Below are positions 38,643 to 51,388 of a stretch of DNA of 64,000 nucleotides, in pieces. Under the pieces are notes generated by a model that worked only from the letters and a program-made list of their open reading frames with translations, searched no databases and had not been told where the DNA came from. This stretch comes from Neodothiora populina (Eukaryota). Made by a program: the position numbers and the translations under genes. Position 1 is the stretch's first letter, and each line of letters begins with the position of its first letter. The stretch is taken from positions 868,001 through 932,000 of the forward strand of contig NW_027191410.1 in NCBI RefSeq assembly GCF_041146345.1, read 5' to 3'.

Positions 38643-41600
38643 ATGTCTTCCGACTTATCAGAACCCGAAGTCGATATGGCCACATCGGAGCCATCCACAA
38701 ACAAACGACGTTCTGGCCGCGTGTCACGGAAACCCGCCGTCTTTGCTGCCCCTCCCTCTACTTCGTCTAAGCGCAAGCGCGACGAGGCAGAAGAGGCGGC
38801 GACCGCCTCAGGCCAGGACCACGGAGTGGAAGATGGAGAGGATATAGACGACAGTTCCGAAAGCGATGGCGAACCGGACGAAGAGGAGTTGCGGGAGCGC
38901 AAGGCGAGGGCTCGCAGGACGAAGGCCACCAAGAAACCAACAGCAAAACGACCCAAGACGAATGGCACCGCTGTTGCGCTGCCGGTCAGAGGCCAGCAGA
39001 AGCTTGCCCCGTCGCGGCAGAAAGCAAAGCCGAGGGCAAAGGCGAGTGCGTTGGACGCAGACGAGGCCGAGAAAGTGGGAGGATTATACGGTCAGTCATT
39101 TGCGATAACGCATGTGGCAGTGCAGTGCTGATGTACATGACAGCTGAGGTATTTGCGAGAGGGCATACACTACATAGCGTTGCTTCTGAATGGCTCAAGT
39201 CATTCGAACACCACGAGTCTCAGGCCGTAGCCGATTTGATCAACTTCGTCCTCAAATCTGCCGGTTGCGACCTGAAAGTTTCGAACCACGACATTGAGGA
39301 TCCAGACAACTGCACAGGCCGGCTTGAAGACCTGCAAGGCGAATTCCAGGCGGTCCGTCATAACTATTTGTTTCTTGAACCAATACTGATACCTTGTCTA
39401 GCACGACATCTCAGACTATCCCATCATCGCAAAGGGCAAAGGCACAGTCGCATTCAGGGATACTGTGACTGGCTTTTTCCAGGCTCTGATCAGAGCCATT
39501 CATAGCTCAGGTCTTTTGTTCAGCAGTCTGGAGTTGATTGAGAACGTACACATCTGGCTTAGCGCCATGTCTGCCGCTCAGAACCGACCGTTCAGACACA
39601 CTGCAACTGTCGTGTCACTAGCCATCATAACTTCATTGTGTGAGGTAGGAACCGAACTCGCCGAAGCCGCCGCTGCCTCTTTGCGGCACAGCGAAACCCA
39701 GGGCAAGCAGAAAAAGGTCAACAAGGGTCGCGTGAGCGACCTCAAGAAAGGAGCAAAACTGGCAAAGGACAATCAGGAGACCCTCGATACGATAATCAAA
39801 GATTGGTTCGATACAATCTACATCCACAGATATCGAGATGTCGATCCCCACATTCGTGTCGACTGTGCGCGAGCAATGGGTGACTGGATCATGACATATC
39901 CCGATGTGTTCTTCGATGGTTCGCATCTACGCTATCTCGGCTGGGTACTCTCGGATCCCAATCACTCAACCAGACTCGAGGTGGTGAAACAACTGCAGCG
40001 TTTTTACCGGGATACGGACAAGGTCAGCGGTCTCAAAACATTTACCGAGCGATTCAGAGGTCGCATCGTTGAGATGGCGACACGAGATGCCGAAGCGAAC
40101 GTTCGTGCCGCTGCTGTAGAACTGCTCGATCTGCTGCGAGAGGGCGGCCTACTCGAACCAGACGACATAGATGCCATCGGTCGTTTGATTTTTGATGCTG
40201 AACCGCGGGTGAGAAAGGCAGTAGTCGGTTTCTTCGCCGAAAGCATCAAAGACGCATACGAAGCCAAGATCGAAGACTTTGGAGGACTTGAATCTGTTGA
40301 AGAAGTCCTCGGCGAGGCCAGTGAGACCTTCGATCAGCCATGTATCGAGTGGATCAAACTCAAATGTCTCGTTCAAGGGCTCGAAGCCTACGACTCCGTC
40401 GACGGAGACATGTCTTCTCATATCGAGCATGTTGGACAAGACAACTACTTGCTACATGCCGATGCGATCGAATCGCGTTTCATGGTGGCTGCAGACACTC
40501 TCTTCGACCACCTGGACGAAGTCCGAGAATGGGAAGCTGTGGCCGGTTATCTGCTCTACGATGTCTCTGGTGAGGGTACTGATAGCGCCACTGTTGATAC
40601 TGAAGAACAAATTAAGCAGGAGCTTCGCTTGAGCGAACAAGAAGAGGTCATCTTGCTGGAGGTGCTCAATTCGTCAGTGAAGTGCACCATCGCTCGATTG
40701 CTCGAATCTGCATCGGACAAGAAGGGCAAGAAGACCAAGAGGCAACGTGAAGACGTCGATTCGATACAGGAACGCACAGCGCGCCATCTGGCTAATCTTG
40801 TGCCTCGCCTACTGAAAAAGTATGGGGAGTCACCGCAGACTGCTACGACAATCCTGCGCCTCGAACGTGTGGTCAACTTGGAGGATTTTCAAGAATTTCA
40901 CCAGGACCCAGCGTCTTACGCCGCTCTGCTCGATGATATCAACAAACAATTCATGACTCACGGAAATGAGGAAGTTCTGACGGAAGCAAGCCGAACATTA
41001 CTGCGGGCGAGAAGCTATCATGAGCTTGGGGATACCACCGAAGAGAAGATCGAGGCATTATGGGAGGACACTATTGACACCTTCGCAAAGATTGCTGGCA
41101 AGAAGAATCTTGCATCTCGTGGGAGCATGTCGAATGCTGTGCTGGAGGCAATCTCGAAGACCATTCTGAGGCTGGAGAAACTCTCCAGTATATCTAAACC
41201 GATCGACCACCTGGAGGCGCCGCAAGCATCCCAATCGAAAGGGGCTTCGAAAGGCCCCGAGCCGCAGCGATCTATCGATATGCTCATCAGTCTGATCAAC
41301 CGTGCCGTCCCAAACCCTGGCAGGCGAGAGAGTGCAGAGATGGCAGCGCTGGAAGACAGCCTGGCCATGCATGCTTCCCGCACAGTCATGTTCTACCTCA
41401 TGTGGCGTATCCCAGCCCTTGTCGAATCTTTGAAATCTCCAGGCAGCAGCCAAGCCGAGGAGCTAGACGCCCTTGCCGCCAGGCGAGACGCCTACGTTGA
41501 TGCGTTGACTGGAGTACTCAGAGCTCGTTCGATCAACGATGGACTTGCTTGTGTTGTGGCAGGCCAGATTCTCGATACGCACGTGATCATGGCGACGCTT

Positions 41601-42380
41601 CGACGAGTGCCTCCCAACCAGCGAGAAAACGATGACTTCCTTGCCCTTGCGCTCGATATTGATGTCAGCACACGCAAGCGCACTCTTCGTATCTATGGAG
41701 CGGCCGAGACCAGCTTCGCAAAGCTAGCAGACAAGTCTATCGATACAACTGCGGAAGAGGAGACCGAAGATGGCGACGTTGACGATGAGCCCGTCGACCC
41801 GATCGACCGCGATCCCGAGGACGAAGATGATGTAGATCCATCGGACGATGACGAGGGACTCAGTGACGGTGCAGCGGCGCAGGCCAGTCAAGCTCGACGA
41901 TCACAGAAACTGCAGAAGAGTCTGATGGCGGAACAGCGCCTGTGCGAACTTGCCGCGAAGATCGTGCTCGCGGTGCTCGGCGGCGTCATGGACGACGAAT
42001 CGGTCAGGAAGCGTCTCCTGAGGAACAAGACCCGACTTGGACCAAACCTCAAGGAGGTCCTTGCACATCTCGATGTCGACGATACAGGCAAGAAGACAAA
42101 AGGTCGCAAGGCGGTCGCAGGAACGACGAACAATGCTCCTAATCAGTCAGGTGCGGCGACGGCTGCAACGACAGCAGCGGCACAGAAGACCAAGAGCAGC
42201 GAGTTTGTTAATGATCAAGACAGTGATGACGAGGAAGACGAAGAAGAGCAGAGAGAAAGGGAGATTCAGGAGGAGGAAATGGCAGACCAAGGTGGCGACG
42301 ATGAGGAAGAAGAGAACGATGCCCAGCTTGCCGCTGCAGATGAAGCATCAGAGGCAGCGCACAGCGTGTTGGGCGATTAG
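38643..42380 (+). CDS. SCC3: Cohesin subunit Scc3/Irr1/Psc3 (STAG domain); introns 39091-39143 and 39353-39401
   Basis: RPFRHTAT, HRYRDVDPHIR, YLGWVLSD, FTERFRGRIVEMA; acidic termini. Confidence 0.95.
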
Positions 42381-44267
42381 GAGGAAGAGAAGATGGAGTG
42401 AAGAGTCCTGTGATGTCCCAGGCACTCGAGGGTGAACTCCCTTCTTTTCTACTTTGACCTGTGCCGATCGGTGCTCCTTTGATCACTCTCCTTTTGCTTC
42501 TTCCCTCAATGTATACAGTCTGTCGAAGCTCAGAAAGAAAGAAAAGGGTGGGGAAGGGAGGGTCCAGCATGGTTTTTTTTCTCTTTTTTTCTTCTTCTTA
42601 CAGCTTAGCGAAGGCGCTCTCTGGACATGCATGGGACATACAGACAGTGACGTTATTCTGAACAGCATTCGATGTGTATTCGTGGCAAGATGTAAAGAAG
42701 GGCTGAATGATAATTTTCTTCTTCGATTTCTTTTCTGGGCATATCTGCTCTATCGATCAAATCGGTCTTTGCATTGATTGTCCTTCTCATGTGAGAGAAA
42801 CGTGTCTCCTAGAAAAACGTGAGTAAATGTCCTTATATCGAATGCTCCTGATAGCGTCGATATGGTGGTACGACATGCATACTAGAGGCAGTATACTCGC
42901 GTGTGATGAATATACAGGTACATATGCCATACATTTACGATTACATTGTTCTACCTTTGTCTTTTATACTTCAATCGATGCAGACACTCGACATGTGCGA
43001 TGAAGGATAAGGTACCATCTTAAGACAATGATAGGTATCATGTACTGAACAGGACGACAACATTGAGTATATCTCCCTTTTATGCCTATGCCACACCACA
43101 CTATACGAGTATACACCATCAACAATCCTAACCCACGTCTTCTATAATTGCGCTAAATAGGTCGTCGTTTGATCTGCTTCTTCTTCTTCTTCTTCTTTGT
43201 AGTACTTACCGTGCCGCCCTGTTTAGCTTGTGGATATTCATTACCGGTGGAGAGAGATGTTAATACTAATGACTTCGATGTCTATGATATAAGCCCCGCT
43301 CGCAGGAACAAACACAAGATATGGAGATGAATATACCGGAATCTCATGATATGCATGCGGAAGATAGGACATGGTACGCGTGTCGAGATTCCTACCAAGT
43401 ACATTGCACGCAGGCATGCAGGCCAATCATCAATTTAAAAGATCAATCAATCGAACGATCCATCCGTCAAAGACCAAGACTCATCAGGACAGGAGACATG
43501 ATACAATCGGAGAAGATAGACAGAGACACCAGAGAAACCAGAATGGCGCAAGACCACCCCGCTCGCGCGTTATTGCGCACGCATATATGCAAGTGTGATG
43601 CACGCTCTGCATGCACGAGCATGCAAAGCTCGCGCGACCTTCTTCCTCCGTCCACATAGCAATATCAAGGTAATAAGACAAAGTCTTTCTTACACCTGGG
43701 ACAGGTACCCACCTATAGCAATGAGTGTGAAACGTAATAACGGGGGGTGGGCGTGCGAATATACCACGCCACGACTACGACGACTACTATTACTACCCCG
43801 CTTGTGAAAAAAAGAGGGTGCTAGGAGAGTTATAAGTCTGATACTTGTATCACATGCTTGTGGGATTTTATTATCGTGATCATTGTTCGTTGCGTTGTGG
43901 ATTTGGGAATAACGTTTCGCTGTCTTGTGCGCATTCTTTCCCCCCTCTCTTCCAAGGTTCATTTCCCCTCGATGACCTATGACATGACACCAACCAACAT
44001 GCTTGCTTGATCGCTTGGGTATAAATTCCCAGATATGATAAGATGCGCTCATCGCCATGCCAGATGGCGCAATATGCTTGGTTCGTTGCACCTTCTCCAA
44101 TGCTCCGTCGCTATATAACTACTCCCCCTTCCCAATGAATATGCTGGAATAACAAGAAAAGAAAAGAAAAATGATGCCGCTTCAAAAATGCGCCTGGGTA
44201 TAGTGATAGAAAAATGTCAACAAGATAAATATAACATGCTTGATGAAGGCGCGCGAAAGACACGAAT

Positions 44268-45908
44268 TCAATATTCGGCAGTGATGCCCACCCATCTCTT
44301 GGGTACTCGTCTAGCGACTGGTCCATCAATCAACTCGTCCTCGTCAGACTCGTCCTCGAACACGTCGTCGCTGGGCAAGACGACACGTCTCGGCGGCAGC
44401 CAGATCTTGGCTTTGCCGGCGGTGCCTTCTTCGAACTTTCCGTTCCTACGCATGTTCATCTCTAAGACGATGACACGTAGGAAATTGCTGTTCTCGCGAA
44501 CTTCACGCTGACGATGCATTTGAGGCTGAGCTAGCGGTGCAGCTAGTGCACGACCAGCTTCGCTGCGAGAGTCCGGAGTGCCGCTGTTACGACGGGGCTT
44601 CCGGCTCGGAGCAGGAGACAAGCGACGGTAGGTTTGCATCTGGATCATCGGAGTGGTCGGCATGTCTTCGTCGACAGTAGACAGTGCTTGACTCCAATGA
44701 TGTTGCTGCTCCTCGAAAGGCAGGGTAGCCGGATTCAGGTAGCGACGCTGGGACCGAGTCGGCGTTGTAGCAAAAGTCTTAGGTCGCACCTCAGAACTCA
44801 GACGTGGAAAGACGTAAGGGTGCTGCCATAGAGACTCATCTGAGAAGACAGCGTCGGTCTGGCTTATCGCTTGGTTCAACGAGGAGATGGATGAGAGGGC
44901 TCTCGACTTGAAAGCCTTGAAAGAGGAGGTAAGGTTAGATTTGAACGACATCGACTTGCGCTTGCCGGCGTCCTTGGATGGTGTAACGGGGAAAATAAAG
45001 CTTGCAAAGTCGTCCGAGTCCATGTCGGACGTGCCCAGAGGATGTTCGAGTCCACAATCCTCAGGCTCGATGCAGCAGATCGCTCTCTCCTTCCGCGGAG
45101 TCGCACTATTCGATCGTCGACTGCGGATGGAATCTGGGGTTGCCGGACTGCCAACGGACAGGACTGACTGGTCGTCGGCTTCGAGAGACGGTATTGAGTC
45201 GCACGACGACGACCGGGAATAGGACGACCGCTCGTCAGTGGTGTCGTCGGTGGGTTCTAAGAGAAAGTCCATGGATGCACCACTGCCGAAGCTGGATCGC
45301 AACGAAGAGTCGTGTCGCCACTCGTGGACGAGCTCATCGATGGATATCCGCGGCGAAGGAGAGCCCATTCTTTTCCGTGCTGCTGAAGAGGCGCGTCTTG
45401 GTGGAGGAATAGCGGTGACGGCAAGCAGAGCAGCCACGGCAGGAGGAAGAGAATCCGAACGGTGTCCGCCATGACTTGACGTTGTTGGTGATTTACGGCG
45501 TGGACGCTGTGCTTGAGACCTCGTATGGTGAGACGCTGGTGCCTGCGTCTCTCCCCGGCTCTGGGGTCGAGTCGGGATCTCGACAGGCTTGGATGCCTGT
45601 CGCGTGCTCATCGAAGTGGTTGGATGTGCAGTTGATGTTGTTGTTGTTGGTGTTGTTGTTGTGCTGTGGAATGACTCGGTCGCCGAATCCCGATGGGGAT
45701 GCAGGAGGTCGATGGAATGAGGGGAAGCAGCGGCAGCAGCAGCAGCAGCAGCGAGAGGACTCGACACTGACGGCTCAAAGTCGACGCTTGATGGCCTCGA
45801 ATGTGTTGATCGCGTGTCATGCACGCCTCGTCGGACTTTTGGTGTTTTTGATGTAGGCGGTGGTGAAGATGGCAGAGATGAATACTTGAAAGAACGAGGA
45901 ACAAACAT
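44268..45908 (-). CDS. Ser/Pro-rich conserved fungal hypothetical protein
   Basis: 546-codon ORF with conserved-looking islands LPPAVAALLAVTAIP and RQREVRENSNFLRVIVLEMNMRRNGK...VPKRWVG. Confidence 0.8.
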   Translation of the reverse strand: MFVPRSFKYSSLPSSPPPTSKTPKVRRGVHDTRSTHSRPSSVDFEPSVSSPLAAAAAAAAASPHSIDLLHPHRDSATESFHSTTTTPTTTTSTAHPTTSMSTRQASKPVEIPTRPQSRGETQAPASHHTRSQAQRPRRKSPTTSSHGGHRSDSLPPAVAALLAVTAIPPPRRASSAARKRMGSPSPRISIDELVHEWRHDSSLRSSFGSGASMDFLLEPTDDTTDERSSYSRSSSCDSIPSLEADDQSVLSVGSPATPDSIRSRRSNSATPRKERAICCIEPEDCGLEHPLGTSDMDSDDFASFIFPVTPSKDAGKRKSMSFKSNLTSSFKAFKSRALSSISSLNQAISQTDAVFSDESLWQHPYVFPRLSSEVRPKTFATTPTRSQRRYLNPATLPFEEQQHHWSQALSTVDEDMPTTPMIQMQTYRRLSPAPSRKPRRNSGTPDSRSEAGRALAAPLAQPQMHRQREVRENSNFLRVIVLEMNMRRNGKFEEGTAGKAKIWLPPRRVVLPSDDVFEDESDEDELIDGPVARRVPKRWVGITAEY

Positions 45909-46699
45909 GGTCCGGTCGAGTCAAAGAGCACCCGATTACTCTTACAATACCACTCTCTCAACTCTCTCAACCTTAGACTCAGCGGCTAGCGGCCCTGCGG
46001 CGGTGACGTTTGTTTCCTTTAGTCAGACAAAGAGGCTTAGCGTGAGGCTGGGCGCAGGTACGGAGGGCCGTGTGTGTGACTTTGAACGTTCGAGCGCGGG
46101 AAGGGGCGGTCCTTCGGTCTTGGGCTTTTCCGACTGAACGGGCGAGACACAAGAACAAAAAAGAAGGAAAGACGTCTGTCGGAAACAAGAAGAAGAAAGA
46201 GTTATTGTTGCAAGAAGGAGAGCAGAAACAGAGTTGCTGGGAAAGGCAGCAGATTCAAGGACGGCGTCACACTGGACGAGAGATAACGTCGGTCGCGGTC
46301 TTGATCGGATACGAACTAGCCTGCTCTTCACGGGTGCGGCGTCTGGCCGAAAGAGAGTAGTAGGGCAGTTGGCCTGCGATTCACTGATAAGAGATGCTGG
46401 TAGCCTTTTGCCTTTGTCGCGTGTCGTATGTGGGTTAGGCCACACTACTACTCTACAGGTACTCTGTACCGTCAGTCACACAGCACACTACACTACCACG
46501 TATCTATTTATTCTCGTATCACGGCAGCTGACTCGAACAGCGCACTGCTGCTGTATATTTGATTGCTTCGCTTTCCCTTATCAAAACACTGACCTAGAAA
46601 GCTTTGTCTATTGACTCGCTACCTACTCTCGCCTACTCTTCTCTCGCATCTGCCTTGCAGCAATCTCCAGAGCAGGGTCATCATCATCTACAGGCTACT

Positions 46700-49600
46700 G
46701 TGACGCCAACGATCACGGGTTTAGAATTGCCTTATCGGGCTAGCGTTCCGATGTCGCGGAATTTCGAGTCTGGAGATTAACCTCATGGCGTGCGGACAAG
46801 CCCGCCGCCTTACGAAAGAACCGACTTGGTATCTCGGGGGATTAGTTCGGGCCCACCATACCAAGAAACTCCTCTGGTGGAAATTGTTAGGTAAAGAGGC
46901 GAAAAATGAGTTCCGTACATCCATGAGGGCCGAGTCTTCCGGATTTATCTTGCTCACGGAGGCACTCTGTTTCCTCTCAAACTCCGTGAAGAAAGAAAAA
47001 ATTGTTTGTGCAAAGAATGCGACGCCGAGAACGTGTCAATAATCCAATCGCATCAGAAACAATGACCGCTCGCGTTTGCATGCAGAATCAATGCCCGACG
47101 TGTCCGTCGTTCTCCCTGACTTCTGCCTGATGAGGAAGGACAAGACAGAGATCATCTGCATGCACCCCACACAAAACTCCTTGCACTAAGGCGTGTCATG
47201 CCTGGTTGGCGTTGGCAGCACTCTGTGGTCACATGCCGTACCATGTAGCTATTGGCTCGAGATAAGCAATATCCTGCCATAAACTTCCACCGACTTGCTG
47301 GTGTATATTGGCTATGCGAGAAAAAAGCAACTTCCTGTACTGACGTTTCGCTTCGCCGGCTTGGTTATGCGAGATACTTTGGAACCCCGCTCTTTTGCTA
47401 TCTCGATAGCCGAGCAGCACGCATGTCGCCTATTCGCACATCGCGTCACACATCCCATACGAACGTCTTGCTTGTGCAGTGATGCTCATATAAACATACT
47501 TCGTTCACTCTTCCTCGTAGCAGTTAGACTCAGAACTGGCAGACACTGTGCTTTTCTTTATTTGTGTGTCGCCATTTAATCATGTAATGATCTCGGTTTC
47601 ACTCCACTTCTGTCCGGACCCTGATGCTACACACTAAAAATGTACTTGTACGTAGCGACACGTGTTGCTTCGTGTGTCAATTACTCGCAACAACACCCTT
47701 GACGATCCTCTCAAGGGCGACAGTCACGGCCTTTACTCAGAAGATAGGCGGACATGAGAAAGAAAGAGGTTGGGCAGCTGCCCACCGTTTCCTCCCCGGC
47801 CCGGACAGTCCACAACAGCCGTAGGATGCCATGTTATTGGGTTTCTCAAGACCAAATTCGTTGGCCCGGCTAATCTTATGAAAAGCCGGGGCCTTCTGGA
47901 AGTTTTTCGAACGATGGTGCGGCCGCCAATTTCAATTACCATCGCCGGGCGGGATTATTACCCCATTTCGTTCAAGACGCAATGCATGAGAGATCGGACA
48001 TGGGCCCCCTTCCCTTGTCCCTTGATTTTCTCTGCGGGCGTGCGCTCCGTCGCCCTTGTCGACGGCGATTCAGGGTCCTGACCCTCTTGCCAATCTTATC
48101 CTGTCCGCAGTGCATGATGGACAAAAGAACAGCGAGCCATCGTCTTTAGTCCATCTTAGTGGAGCCAGGGTCTGGTCAATTGGTCAATGGGGCATACGAT
48201 CAAAAATCGCCGTGCTTCTTGCGCAAATCCATTATCCCATCGTGCGGTGGGTGTCCACGTCTAGACCCTACGGCGGTGGGATCTGCTCGAGTCAGTCGCA
48301 CACAGCTGCGTGCATTTGTCTATCTCTGAGGCATTTATACAACGGTAAGGATGCGCGCTACATGTGATGCTCGAGGTCCTCGACATCAAGAAGGAACACC
48401 TGGGCTGAAATGGTCTTGTTGTTCGTGCAGCTGTGCCCGCCAGGATGGTGAGTCATTGGAAAGTAACACGACTTGGCCTAGGCAGATCAAGTAAAAGGAT
48501 GCTACACACCGCTGCCGCAAATGCCGCTGGCCCTGTTGCTCATCTCTCTGGAGCATATGACCACTTTGCTGTCTTTGCTCTTGGATCTTGTTCGCACTAT
48601 CGACAATTTCTCCTCTCCATATGGAGTTGACAATAACCACACTCCTAGGAGAAAGCAATTTCGAAGGGGTTTGACTGAAATAGCTCCTTAGCTGTTGGGT
48701 AGCCACATCCAAATGTGCATCAGTCGGTCAATAGGGATCACCTCATTATCAAAAGGATCGTCGCCGGCAACGCTCGGCAACAAGGGATTTGTCCAACAGC
48801 TATATGTTACTACACTGCAAAAGCGACGTGTCTGCATCCGAAGTCGATCGCACATACAAAAATACTAGTACAGACCAAGCGGAAAGTCCGACGCTGCTTA
48901 GTTTGAGTGTCGACATACCGAGTGCAAGATAGATAAGATTTAGTTCGCAACGCTCTTGTAGTTAACACATTTCACGAGCGCATGGTCAAAACCATGTACA
49001 GCGAGTAATCTCCTGTATCAAGCAGCTAACATGGCTCTGTTAAGCTTGATGTGGTGTGAAAAGCATATTCTGCTTACCACCTTACCATAGATGGAAAGTG
49101 CGATGGTCTTGGAGCTTGGCCGTAACCGCGAAAAAAAAGAATGCGACCTAGACTATTTGGATCCACAAAGCTGGAACTTGAAGCACAGAAGGTAAATACG
49201 AAAACCACCGGATTTCTGAGCGAGGAGAGGAGTCCGAGCCTAAGCAAAAGCCGACTCGCAACGACGTTGATCCGAATAGGCAGGTACGGTAGGACTTCAC
49301 ACGAACGCGACATAATTTATATTAGGTAGTTCTGAAAGACTTCTGCTGCGAACAGTGCTCTGCCCGTTGGAAATACTGAAGTGTAAGTTAGGGTAACAAT
49401 AAGATTCGACGTGGCAGGTCCGTCTGTTGCAAAAAGGCTGGACGGAAAAGACTTTGAACTTTTTCGATTCTTGGCAGCAATGAAGGGAACTTTGGTGACA
49501 ATAATGGGACAAAGGCTATTATAGTCAAATCGCGTTGTTGCGATATATGTAGCCCATGCCGAGGATGAGCGTAACAGCTTAGCAAGTCTTGTAGTGGCGT

Positions 49601-50160
49601 AATGCATACTCCTGTATGGAGCGATCGTGCCCACCCATCGACCTGTATACTGTAGGTGATGTAAAGCTCTAACGCAGGGGAAGCGAAACACCGTCAGCTG
49701 GATATTAATTGTCAGATCTCATTTTCTGAGGAGAGATTTGGCCGCTAGGCCCGACGATGCGGATGCATCGCCAATGCTTTGGAGAGATGTGGCAAAGTGC
49801 AGACGTCAAAGGTTATACGCGATGCCCGTCTCTTATTATGCTCTTGTGGACTACCTGCATATAGTCCTCGCTCGCAGCCACAGTCTGTGAGATATTGGGC
49901 CCGCCACACTGCATGCACCAGGCTTCGTAGGGTGTTCGAAGTGCAGCTTGTGGGTTCAAATGACGCCTCGCTTGAACTGTACCAAGAGGTCGCCTGCATA
50001 AGGCAAGGTCGAGGCGTCATGCCTTGGATGGGTTGTTGATTCGTCGTGTGAAGTGCGGGTGGACTCACTGAATACGTGTCACAGCGAAGTGCTAGCAGAC
50101 GATCACATCAGCCTTGTGTAAGCCGGTCGAGTGTGACTCAATTGTTGCACTACAAGGCAA
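46700..50160 (+). ncRNA. Candidate long structured non-coding RNA (identity unknown)
   Basis: No recognisable protein ORF; many nested 8-17 bp helices found by eye; CT-rich TSS-like tract at ~46620; boundaries and strand tentative. Confidence 0.35.
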
Positions 50161-50164
50161 CAGC

Positions 50165-51388
50165 TTAGACCCTCTTTTGAGTCTTTGGAGGCCTGACTTT
50201 GCCTCGAATCCAGTCCGGGACAAAGGCCTTGACCCCAAGATTCTGTGAGTCGTCCCCAACGGGAGCCTCGATGACAAACTGATCGTCCGCACTGAACGAC
50301 GAAGGCTCGCCAGTGACGACCAAGTCAGTCATCATCTCCACGCGGCACATTGCCAGGCCGACATTACCAACACCTGCGATCCATTTTCCAGGCTTCCCCC
50401 TTTTGTTGATTGCCTTGATATCTGTGTCAAGACTCGGCTCTGAAAATGAAGTAGCAGGGTCATACTGTAGTCGTGACGGTGCCGGCGATTCAGGGTCATA
50501 TAGAGCGACTGGGAAAATGCGTCTTCTGACAACGCCAGTGTGGTGTGTACGAATTGTCAGCTCCTGACCGACATAGCAACCTTTCTTAAAGTCGATGCCG
50601 TCCATGATGTCTATGTTCGTGTTCATGGGAAAGGCGTTGTCGCGGGGGATTTCCGTTTGGCCTTCGGGCACACCGCGCATGTACCGGCGGATGTTGTATG
50701 CGGATAGAGGAGCGTCTTCTAGGTCTGAGAGCATAGGATGCGAGTTACGAAGGGCCGATGACTCTGGCAGCAGTATCCGCCGTCCCATGCCAGGTGCTCT
50801 TGAGTCTAGCATGGTGACTAGACCAGATGTGTCTTCATTGGTAGCTTGCTCCGCAGTGTCTGAGCCTAACGAGGGATGAGGTGTCCATTTATCTTGTTCC
50901 TTCCAAGCACTCCAGACATCCAGCTCGCCTTGGTCGAGGAGGCGTAATTTGAACTTTGAGCGGAGCTTGTGTCTTTTGAGGTGGGCTAGGAGCGCAGGTG
51001 CTTGGTCGGCATCGACCTCTACTAGATATCCAGGATCCTCGGTGCCATTCTTCTCTGTATGCCATTGCGAACCCAAGGTTGGGTATATGAAGACGTCATT
51101 CAGCACTTTTCCTTGAGCCGTGAGGAAGGCGGCGTAGACGGCAGTGGTTGATTGTGGCCGGATATTGTTTGTGACGATGCCTTGTAAGAACTTAGGGGTT
51201 TCGCGTCCGTGGAGGCAGATCAGTCGTCGATTCGTTAGTTTCGCCGCACCAGAGGCAGGCGGCGGTGGGGGAGTTGTTTGTGACGATGTTGATGTTGAAT
51301 GTGTACTCGAATCTGTTGTCAAAGCCCTTCTGCCGCGTGCTATACATCTCGCACAGAGGATGGTAGGCTGCCTTGGAGATACAAACAT
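50165..51388 (-). CDS. IBA57: IBA57/CAF17 mitochondrial Fe-S assembly factor (YgfZ/GcvT family)
   Basis: KFLQGIVTN, FLTAQGKVL, KGCYVGQELTIRTHHTGVVRRR; Arg-rich presequence from MFVSPR. Confidence 0.95.
   Translation of the reverse strand: MFVSPRQPTILCARCIARGRRALTTDSSTHSTSTSSQTTPPPPPASGAAKLTNRRLICLHGRETPKFLQGIVTNNIRPQSTTAVYAAFLTAQGKVLNDVFIYPTLGSQWHTEKNGTEDPGYLVEVDADQAPALLAHLKRHKLRSKFKLRLLDQGELDVWSAWKEQDKWTPHPSLGSDTAEQATNEDTSGLVTMLDSRAPGMGRRILLPESSALRNSHPMLSDLEDAPLSAYNIRRYMRGVPEGQTEIPRDNAFPMNTNIDIMDGIDFKKGCYVGQELTIRTHHTGVVRRRIFPVALYDPESPAPSRLQYDPATSFSEPSLDTDIKAINKRGKPGKWIAGVGNVGLAMCRVEMMTDLVVTGEPSSFSADDQFVIEAPVGDDSQNLGVKAFVPDWIRGKVRPPKTQKRV

Noticed and set aside
43202..43215. TACTTACC, like the U1 snRNA 5' end
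   Set aside because: No U1 stem-loops or Sm site follow; more likely a minus-strand GTAAGT donor or chance
46757..46770. GGAATTTCG (and GGAAAGTCC at ~48880) as RNase P/MRP P4 elements
   Set aside because: No matching CR-V partner found at a plausible distance
47012..49147. 12-nt direct repeat AAAGAATGCGAC at ~47012 and ~49136 as LTR/TSD boundaries
   Set aside because: Similarity does not extend and there are no element hallmarks between the copies
49387..49394. GTTAGGGT / ACCCTAAC as proof of a telomerase template
   Set aside because: Telomeric 8-mers are expected several times by chance in 64 kb (others at ~4827 and ~43127), and the local folding seems to favour the opposite strand
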